A stretch of 64,000 nt of DNA from positions 349,889-413,888 of the forward strand of contig CAXXRD010000002.1 of NCBI GenBank assembly GCA_963663895.2, written 5' to 3'. The position numbers and the translations under genes were made by a program. The notes under the pieces were generated by a model that saw only the letters and a program-made list of their open reading frames with translations, did not search any database and was not told the origin of the DNA. Of this stretch, positions 55,327 through 64,000 are shown piece by piece. Numbering within the stretch: the first letter of the stretch is position 1; every line of letters starts with the position of its first letter. The DNA comes from Dehalococcoidia bacterium. GTDB taxonomy: Bacteria > Chloroflexota > Dehalococcoidia > Bin125.

Positions 55327-56409
55327 ATGCGATTGGGCTACTTCATGCAGCCCCTGCATCCACCGGGAGCGGACGTCACCCAGACGTTGCAGGACGACAT
55401 GGCGCAGATCGTGGCGCTGGATCGCTTGGGGTTCGAGGAGGCGTGGATCGGGGAGCATTTGACGCTGGAGTGGGAGAACATCACGTCGCCGGAGATCTTC
55501 ATCGGGATGGCGCTGGCGAAGACGGAGCGGATCAAGCTGGGGACGGGTGTGAGCTGTCTCCCCAATCATCACCCGTTCTTCTTGGCGCACCGGATCGCGA
55601 TGCTGGATCATCTGGCGCAGGGGCGCTTCCAGTGGGGAGTGGGACCGGGATCGACGCCGGGAGACATGGATGCGTTCCAAGTGGACTGGGGCGCGGGGGA
55701 GCACTACAAGCTGGCGCGGGCGACGGTGGAGGCGGTGCTGGATCTGTGGTCGGGAGCGGAGCCGGGCTACTACGGGAACCGCTGGTTCCGGTACAGGGTG
55801 CCGGAGCCGATGGCGGAGGTGGCGTCGCACGTCTATCTGAAACCGTACCAGCAGCCGCACCCGCCGATCGCGGTGGCGGGACTATCGCCGGAGTCGCCGT
55901 CGCTGACCTGGGCGGGGGAGCGGGGCTGGTCGCCGATGAGCATCCAGTACTCCTGTCCGCGGGTGCTGCGGGGACACTGGGCATCGGTGGAGGCGGGCGC
56001 GCGCGCGGCGGGGCGGGTGGCGGCGCGATCGGAGTGGCGGGTGTGCCGCGAGGTGTTGGTGGCGGAGACGAGCGCGGAGGCGCGCCGCCTGGCGCTGGAG
56101 GGGGTGCTGCGGCGCGACTACGAAGACTACAACCTGGTGATCATGAAGCAGTTCGACGCGTTGGGGTTGTTCAAGGACGACCCAGAGCTGCCGGACTCGG
56201 CGGTGACGCCGGAGTTCTTGGCCGACAACATGTGGATCGTCGGGTCGGTGGAGGAGGTGACGGAGAAAATCCGGGCGCTGCACGAGACGGTGGGGGGATT
56301 CGGCGTGCTGCTGGTGCTGGCGCACGAGTGGCAGCCGCGAGAGGCGTGGGAGCGGTCGATGCGGTTGCTGGCCGAAGAGGTGATGCCGCGTTTGCGCGAT
56401 CTGAGCTAA
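55327..56409 (+). CDS. LLM-class flavin-dependent monooxygenase, tandem paralog
   Basis: MRLGYFMQPLHPP...AWIGEHLTLEWENIT...GRFQWGVGPG. Start trimmed to the ATG at 55327. Confidence 0.85.
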   Translation: MRLGYFMQPLHPPGADVTQTLQDDMAQIVALDRLGFEEAWIGEHLTLEWENITSPEIFIGMALAKTERIKLGTGVSCLPNHHPFFLAHRIAMLDHLAQGRFQWGVGPGSTPGDMDAFQVDWGAGEHYKLARATVEAVLDLWSGAEPGYYGNRWFRYRVPEPMAEVASHVYLKPYQQPHPPIAVAGLSPESPSLTWAGERGWSPMSIQYSCPRVLRGHWASVEAGARAAGRVAARSEWRVCREVLVAETSAEARRLALEGVLRRDYEDYNLVIMKQFDALGLFKDDPELPDSAVTPEFLADNMWIVGSVEEVTEKIRALHETVGGFGVLLVLAHEWQPREAWERSMRLLAEEVMPRLRDLS

Positions 56410-56451
56410 GCGTCGAGACGGAGACGCACAGGGACACACAGGAGGACGGTC

Positions 56452-56820
56452 ATGCCACTGACGGAGCCGCAGCAACATCACAAGGCCTACGAGCGGGCGT
56501 TCAACGCGGGGAACGCGGACGGGATCCTGGCGCTGTTCGAAGAGAACGGACTGCAGGCGGCGGGAGAGTCGCAGCGGCGGGGAGCGGAGTTCCGGGCGCG
56601 GCTGGAGGATCAGTTCGCGCGGGGGGCGTCGGTGACGGTGAATACGACGCGGGTGTTGGAGGCGAACGGGATCGCGCTGACCCATTCGGCCTGGGAGCTG
56701 CGGACGAAGGACGACGCGGGGGCGGCGCTGACGCTGACGGGGCACGGGGCGGAGGTGCTGCGGCAACAGAGCGACGGGAGCTGGCTGCTCGTCATCGACG
56801 ACGCCACCGGACCTGTGTGA
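56452..56820 (+). CDS. NTF2-like (ketosteroid isomerase/DUF4440-like) protein
   Basis: 122 aa with AYERAFNAGNADGILALFEENG...SWLLVIDD, a typical SnoaL/DUF4440 pattern. Confidence 0.7.
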   Translation: MPLTEPQQHHKAYERAFNAGNADGILALFEENGLQAAGESQRRGAEFRARLEDQFARGASVTVNTTRVLEANGIALTHSAWELRTKDDAGAALTLTGHGAEVLRQQSDGSWLLVIDDATGPV

Positions 56821-57063
56821 CGCCGCTCGAGGGATAGCTCCCCGCCAGCGCGGGGACGCCGGCGGGCGAAGCGGCCGGCGTGTCTATGAACGCGGGTCTT
56901 TTCGCCGTGGCGTGGTGGCGGTCGCTGATGCGGAAGTGGCTTCCCAGCATCCATCGGGCGCTCGTCCCGGAGGGCGATCTCCGGAGCGCTCGCGACTGGT
57001 GACTGGAGTACAAGCCTTTGGAAGCGACGCCGGCTCGCTCTTGTGCATGCCCTTGTGCACGAG

Positions 57064-57079
57064 TAGAACAAGTATTCTA
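57064..57079. promoter_or_regulatory. possible Cheo-type (GAAC-N4-GTTC-like) LexA/SOS box upstream of recQ
   Basis: tAGAACaagtATTCTa is a near-palindrome with one mismatch to GAAC-N4-GTTC. It sits in the only AT-rich stretch, 12 nt upstream of the recQ GTG. Confidence 0.3.
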
Positions 57080-57090
57080 AACTGCGGGGC

Positions 57091-59147
<2,057 letters not shown>

Positions 59148-59151
<4 letters not shown>

Positions 59152-59834
59152 CCGCCGCTGCCGTATTCATAACTCCGTAGCTCATAGCAGGCCCAGCAGT
59201 GGGGTTTGCCTTCCAGGGTCATGCCCCGCACGACCCGGCGGCCGCAGCCGTCGCAGTTTTCGAGATCATCCGTGATGAGACTCAAGACCAAGAGGTCGTT
59301 GAGCTGGCCATCCACGTCCATGGCATGACCGCGCCGGATGACCTCCTGCTCGAAACCCAGCCGGCGAAAGAGGGTGGCCGCGGCCCCCTGATCGACGGTC
59401 ATTTGGGCGACGAGCTTCCGTACGCCCGCCTCAAGGGCCGCATCGAAGACGATCTGGAGGAGGGCGGCGCCGAGGCCGCCGCCGCGCATGGACGGGTCGA
59501 CGAGGACGCGGATCTCCCCCACGTGGGCGGTCCAGCGGAGGCGGCCGCGATCGACCGTAGCGTAGCCGATGATCTCGTCCTGGAAGAGCGCGGTGATGGC
59601 GGCAGCGCTTCCCCGCGCCACGTTCGCGAGCCAATCATCGACATCGCCGGGATCGGTGATGTCGCGCCGCAGGAAGCGGAGGTCGTGCGCGGGCAGTCGC
59701 CGGGCGAAGCGGAGAATCGCATCCCCGTCGGCGCTGCCGAGCGGACGCAAGATGACTTGGCGGTTCGCGAAGACGACCGAGCCGCTCGGACGGCGGATGA
59801 TGATCGGTGGCGTGGACTTGACGGCTTCGGGCAC
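59148..59834 (-). CDS. GNAT family N-acetyltransferase with a C-terminal Cys4 zinc-ribbon-like tail
   Basis: VDPSMRGGGLGAALL (Q/RxxGxG/A acetyl-CoA motif). The C-terminus has CDGCGRR...CWAC. Confidence 0.8.
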
Positions 59835-59972
59835 GGCGACAGGCCCTAAACGCTACGGAACCTCAACGGAGTCGCAGGATAGAGGAAAAACCCCCGATCT
59901 TGTCGATTATGTCGAATTTCTCTTCCGCGGTGCCCGCTTGCCGCCTCCCATCGTGTCTCGCGATCTTCGCCG

Positions 59973-60974
59973 CTAGCGATCGGCGGGATGCAGAACCAGC
60001 GCCGGGGCGATGCCGCTCCGCACGACGGTGTCCGTGACGCTGCCGGCGACGATCTCGGTCATGGGGCGCCGCGAGTGCGTCGCCATCGCCACGAGATCGG
60101 CTTGGACGTCGCCCAGATAGTCCGTGATGAGCTGCGCGGGCTCGTCTCCATGGAGCACCGTGGCCTGGGCGTTGTCGGGGAAGCCTTCGAGGTCGGCATC
60201 CAGTTCCAGGTGCGCCGTTTGGCCGACGCGTTCGACGGCCTGCGTGCGCGGCTCAATGACGTGATCATGTCCCACGTCCGAGCGGAAGTCCCGACGCTCG
60301 TCGTCAAGGGTCTGCCGGAATCCCGGCACGGCGCCGGCGCGACGGTGACGCAGCACCGTCGCTTTGATCTTGCTGTCGTCCAGAACGCGGATCAGGTGCG
60401 TCTCCGCGTCCGTGGCCTGGGCCAGCTGCCGCGCGGCGGGGAGGATGGAGCGGGAGAAGTGGCTGCCGTCGATGCAGACGACCATGGTCGGCCGATCTCC
60501 CCGAGGCCAAGCGGCCGCGTCATGGGAAGCGGACGGGTGGAAGAGGATGACGGGCGCCACACCGCTGCGAACGACGCCGTGAGCCACGCCCCCGAAGAGC
60601 AGCTCGCCGATCGGACGCCGCGAGTGGGTCGCCATGGCGATAAAGTCGACCCCTTCAGCACGCGCGGCGGCGACGATCATGCGCGAGGGATCGTCCGCAT
60701 CCGGTACCAGGGAAGTGCCGCCGTTGGGGAAGTCCCTGAGCTCGGCTGCGAGCTCGTCGTGGATTTGATCGCGCGTGCGGGTGGTGACGTCAGGGTCGCG
60801 CGGCTCGGGCCCCATGAACGCCAGCCCGGCTGCAGCCGGGATCGCATAGGGCGCCGGCTCCAGTCCTCGCAAGAGGACGGCCTCGAAATCCCCCCGCTTC
60901 GCGATCCCACGCGCGATCGGCAGGATGGAGCGGGAGAGCCCGGAGCCATCAAGGCAAACCAGCATGCGTTTCAT
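59973..60974 (-). CDS. tandem universal stress protein (two UspA domains)
   Basis: Two copies of the ...ATHSRRP..E...GSV...VVR....PVL... pattern. Confidence 0.85.
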   Translation of the reverse strand: MKRMLVCLDGSGLSRSILPIARGIAKRGDFEAVLLRGLEPAPYAIPAAAGLAFMGPEPRDPDVTTRTRDQIHDELAAELRDFPNGGTSLVPDADDPSRMIVAAARAEGVDFIAMATHSRRPIGELLFGGVAHGVVRSGVAPVILFHPSASHDAAAWPRGDRPTMVVCIDGSHFSRSILPAARQLAQATDAETHLIRVLDDSKIKATVLRHRRAGAVPGFRQTLDDERRDFRSDVGHDHVIEPRTQAVERVGQTAHLELDADLEGFPDNAQATVLHGDEPAQLITDYLGDVQADLVAMATHSRRPMTEIVAGSVTDTVVRSGIAPALVLHPADR

Positions 60975-61274
60975 GACGTTCCCTCCTTCGCTACGCGCAC
61001 CCCATCAGGGCTGCAGGTTCGCACATCCGCAAGCTCCGCGTCGCCGCCGAAGCCAGTGAGTGAACCCGCAGCGGGGCCGCTTCCTCGTTCCACGACGGTA
61101 TGGGCCGCCGCTGCATTGAAAGGTGGAGTGGTTGATTCATCCCTGCGTCATCCTTGAGGGTCGCCTACTGGATCCAGCGTATTCTGGGCGTCCCGGCTGT
61201 CAAGATTGTGATGGGAGAGACTAGCTGCGGACCGGCTTCTGCTTGCGCTGCCGGACTGCGAGCCGGGGCAAGCC

Positions 61275-62303
61275 TTAGAGGTCTTTGCGCCAGTCGCCGG
61301 CGGGGACGAGGGCGCGGGCGGCGGGGAGGACCTCGGCACCGAACCGCTCGATCTGGTCGCGGAGCTCGTCCGGGTCGCCGCGGGGGCATTCGAAGAAGCA
61401 GACGAAGTGGGCGTAGCCGTTGGCAGCGAAGGCGGCGATATCGTCGAGGACCTGCTCGGGAGAGCCGACGCCGAGGCGGCGGCCGGGCTCTTGGGCGTCG
61501 GGATGGGCAGCGTCGAGAAGGCGGATGGAGACCGTGGCCTGCATGGCGAACTCCGCCGGATCACGGCCAGCGCGATCGAGCTCGCGTCGGGCCTCGTCTT
61601 GGAGGTATTGGTAGCGGCCGGGCGTAGCGTTGACGTCGAGGAAGGTCATGTAGAGGCCGTCACAGCAGCGGGCGGCGCGGCGGGCGCCGGCAGGGACGAC
61701 GCCACCGAAGACGATGGGCGGATGGGGTTTTTGCAAGGGCTTGGGATCCATGGAGAGGTTAGTGAAATCGTAGTGATCGCCGTGGAACTCGACGACGTCG
61801 TGGGTCCAGCAGCGCTTGTAGATCTCGATGCACTCTTCCGTAATGGCGCCGCGCTGCTCGAAGGGGCGGCCGACGACATCGAACTCCTCGCGCATCCAGC
61901 CGGCGCCGACGCCGAGGATGAGGCGTCCGCCGGAGAGGATGTCGAGGGTGGCGAACTGGCGAGCGTCGCTGAGGGGCGGACGATACGGGGCGATGAGAAC
62001 GGAGGTGGCGAGCTTGAGACGTTGGGTGCTGGCGGCGACGGCCGCCATGGTGACGGCGGCGTCCATCATCGTGTGCCGGGGGCGGTAGGCGCGGGTACCG
62101 GAGATGTTGGCTTTGTGGCTGCTCTTGGATTCGATGGGCATGAAGAGATGATCGGCGAACCACATGGAGTCGAAACCGAGCTCCTCGCAGCGCCGGGCGT
62201 TGTCGATGGTGCGCATCTGCTCGGGCGGGAGATCGTGCATGAGGTGGTTGAGCGCGTCGCGGTGATGGAGACCGTGAGTATCGGCGTAGAGGCCAATGCG
62301 CAT
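61275..62303 (-). CDS. LLM-class F420/flavin-dependent oxidoreductase
   Basis: GFDSMWFADHLF...GGRLILGVGAGW. Confidence 0.85.
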   Translation of the reverse strand: MRIGLYADTHGLHHRDALNHLMHDLPPEQMRTIDNARRCEELGFDSMWFADHLFMPIESKSSHKANISGTRAYRPRHTMMDAAVTMAAVAASTQRLKLATSVLIAPYRPPLSDARQFATLDILSGGRLILGVGAGWMREEFDVVGRPFEQRGAITEECIEIYKRCWTHDVVEFHGDHYDFTNLSMDPKPLQKPHPPIVFGGVVPAGARRAARCCDGLYMTFLDVNATPGRYQYLQDEARRELDRAGRDPAEFAMQATVSIRLLDAAHPDAQEPGRRLGVGSPEQVLDDIAAFAANGYAHFVCFFECPRGDPDELRDQIERFGAEVLPAARALVPAGDWRKDL

Positions 62304-62436
62304 CTTGATTCGTCCTGTCCGTGCGGCGCCCGGTTCACGCGGCAGCGCCGGGTCGGTTGACGGCCTGCAAGGTGGAGACCATCCTAGCGCCCGCCACAGG
62401 GCGCAGGCGGACTGCGCGCCGGCAGAGGGAGCTGTG

Positions 62437-62868
62437 ATGGTCCAGATCTATGACGAGTTGCCGTTGGGTTCGGTCGATTTCTCGAAGCTGGAGGGGGATA
62501 CATACAAGTTCGTGAGCCGGTTCGGGACGGGACGGCTGTACCCGATCGTGAACTCCAACGACTGCTGGTCGTGCTACGAGGAGTTCCGCAAGGAGGACGG
62601 CGCCTTCGAGTGGCCGGCCTGGTATCCGGAGATGCACTACGTGGTGCGGGGAACGGCGCACATCGAGTATTCCCTGCCGCCGTTGCATACCACCGTGCAG
62701 ACGGCGGACGTGAAGCCGGGGGACGTCTACCTGATGCCAAAGGGGTCGTACTTTCATTGGGAGGTGACGAGCGATGAGCCCTTCGGGCACGTGGTGACGG
62801 CGAGCCCGAGTCCGTTCACGGACGGGGACGTGTACCAGCTGCGCTACGAGCCGCCGGGGGTCGAGTAG
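62437..62868 (+). CDS. cupin domain protein
   Basis: MHYVVRGTAHIEY...VKPGDVYLMPKGSYFHWEV is a cupin beta-barrel motif pair. Start trimmed to the ATG at 62437. Confidence 0.7.
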   Translation: MVQIYDELPLGSVDFSKLEGDTYKFVSRFGTGRLYPIVNSNDCWSCYEEFRKEDGAFEWPAWYPEMHYVVRGTAHIEYSLPPLHTTVQTADVKPGDVYLMPKGSYFHWEVTSDEPFGHVVTASPSPFTDGDVYQLRYEPPGVE

Positions 62869-62886
62869 GCGGGAGGAGGCAGGCCG

Positions 62887-64000
62887 ATGCACGAGCCGAT
62901 GCAAGCGCGGACGGAGGCCGGGAGGCGCTATGTGGCGCTGATGGAGGAGCACGCGGCCGATTTCGCGCAGCGGGCCGCGCAGCACGATCGGGAGGGGAGC
63001 TTCCCGCTGGAGAACTTCGAGGCGCTGCAGCGGAGCAAAGCGATGGCGGCGATGGTGCCGAAGGAGTTCGGGGGGCTGGGGGTGGAGCGCGTGTTCGACA
63101 TGGTGACGGGGATATCGCGGCTGGGGCGGGGGGACGGATCGACGGCGATCGCGGCGAACATGCACATATCGGGCGGGCTGATCGTGCGGATGGATCGGGA
63201 GGCGGCGCGCCGGCGGGGCGATACGGCGACGGTGGAGGCGCTGGAGGAGCTGCTGCGGGAGATCGGGTCGGGAAGCGTCACGTTCTCCTTGCTGGGGACG
63301 GAGTCGGGGACCGATCAGCTGCACCCGCAAGTGACGGCGACGCGGACCAAGGGCGGGTACCTGATCAATGGCCGGAAGATCTTCGGGACCGGGTCGCCGG
63401 CGGCGAATCGGTTCTTCACGTTCCTGGGAGTGCAGTCGCCGGAAGGGGAGCAGCAGATCGCGGGAGTGATCTTGCCGCGGGGACTGGAGGGGATGGAGAT
63501 CCAGGACAACTGGGACGCGCTGGGGATGCGGGCGTCCGGGAGCAACGATGTCGTGTTCCGGGATTGCTTCGTTTCGGACACGCAGTTCGCGGGGGCGCTG
63601 CGGTTGATCTGGGGGGAGTGGAGTCCGCCCTGGTTCCACTTGATCATCCCGGCCAACTTGGGGCTGGCGGCGGTATTCTTCGGGATCGCGGAGGCGGCGC
63701 GGGACCACGTGGTGGCGCAGGTGATGACGCGGACGAAGAAGCCCAGCGGCCGGACGCTGGCCCAGCGGCCGACGATCCAGCATTGGATCGCGGAGATCGA
63801 GATCGCACGGATCACGGCGCAGTCGATGCTGGAGGCGTGCGCGGAGCGCGTGGATGCGTTTTACGCGGCCAATCCGCCGGGAACGGACGTGCCGTTCGAT
63901 GACCTTCATCAGCTCAACAAGCTGTTTCAGGTGACGAAGAACGTCGTGACGAGCCGGGCGGTCACGGTGGTGGACAAGGCGATGACGGCGTCCGGGGGAT
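62887..64000 (+). CDS. acyl-CoA dehydrogenase family protein (partial; runs off the window end)
   Basis: My own translation from the ATG at 62887 (GGGAGGAGG upstream) is MHEPMQARTEAGRRYVALMEEHAADFAQRAAQHDREGSFPLENFEALQ...INGRKIFGTGSP...DNWDALGMRASGSNDVVF... It is not in the ORF track because there is no stop in the window. Confidence 0.85.
   Translation, partial: MHEPMQARTEAGRRYVALMEEHAADFAQRAAQHDREGSFPLENFEALQRSKAMAAMVPKEFGGLGVERVFDMVTGISRLGRGDGSTAIAANMHISGGLIVRMDREAARRRGDTATVEALEELLREIGSGSVTFSLLGTESGTDQLHPQVTATRTKGGYLINGRKIFGTGSPAANRFFTFLGVQSPEGEQQIAGVILPRGLEGMEIQDNWDALGMRASGSNDVVFRDCFVSDTQFAGALRLIWGEWSPPWFHLIIPANLGLAAVFFGIAEAARDHVVAQVMTRTKKPSGRTLAQRPTIQHWIAEIEIARITAQSMLEACAERVDAFYAANPPGTDVPFDDLHQLNKLFQVTKNVVTSRAVTVVDKAMTASGG

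Overview
This is a high-G+C bacterial window. The taxon cannot be proven from the sequence; the gene content and a Cheo-type box would fit Chloroflexota/Thermomicrobia or Actinobacteria. I support about 55 genes. The backbone is catabolic and redox: five LLM-class flavin oxidoreductases plus one 3' fragment, three HyuB and one HyuA hydantoinase/oxoprolinase subunits, three SDRs, a Liv-type ABC importer, two ABC-2 exporters, an FeS/NrfD plus molybdopterin oxidoreductase operon, an MBL-rhodanese protein, RecQ, a tandem USP, and an acyl-CoA dehydrogenase that runs off the right edge. A partial uppP gene that is not in the ORF track runs off the left edge. Three patches with visibly lower G+C interrupt this backbone. 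(1) 211-5556 is a roughly 5.3-kb islet bracketed by about 81-bp direct repeats that contain the uppP start codon. It carries a decayed tyrosine-recombinase remnant and a hook-less SbcD/SbcC-like nuclease-ATPase pair. (2) 21.9-26.1 kb is a mosaic around tRNA-Ser(UGA). It holds a 209-bp duplication of an LLM gene 3' end flanking an Ala/Gly/Val-rich repeat protein, an orphan PD-(D/E)xK-like protein, and a 1.5-kb segment bounded by direct repeats of the tRNA 5' half. That segment encodes a NucS-like nuclease fused to a cysteine-displaced MGMT/ATL-like domain. (3) 36.5-41.1 kb is a two-gene insertion that truncates a crotonase gene to 32 codons. It encodes a 1127-aa protein (Mrr-like N-terminus, P-loop STAND-type NTPase, long helical C-terminus) and an overlapping 273-aa partner with a degenerate HKD-like string. 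I consider patch (3) the best candidate for an undescribed NLR/Avs-like defence system. The nuclease-ATL fusion and the SbcCD-like islet are secondary candidates. I saw no rRNA, CRISPR array or intact transposase/integrase. All functional calls come from reading motifs by eye, with no searches run.
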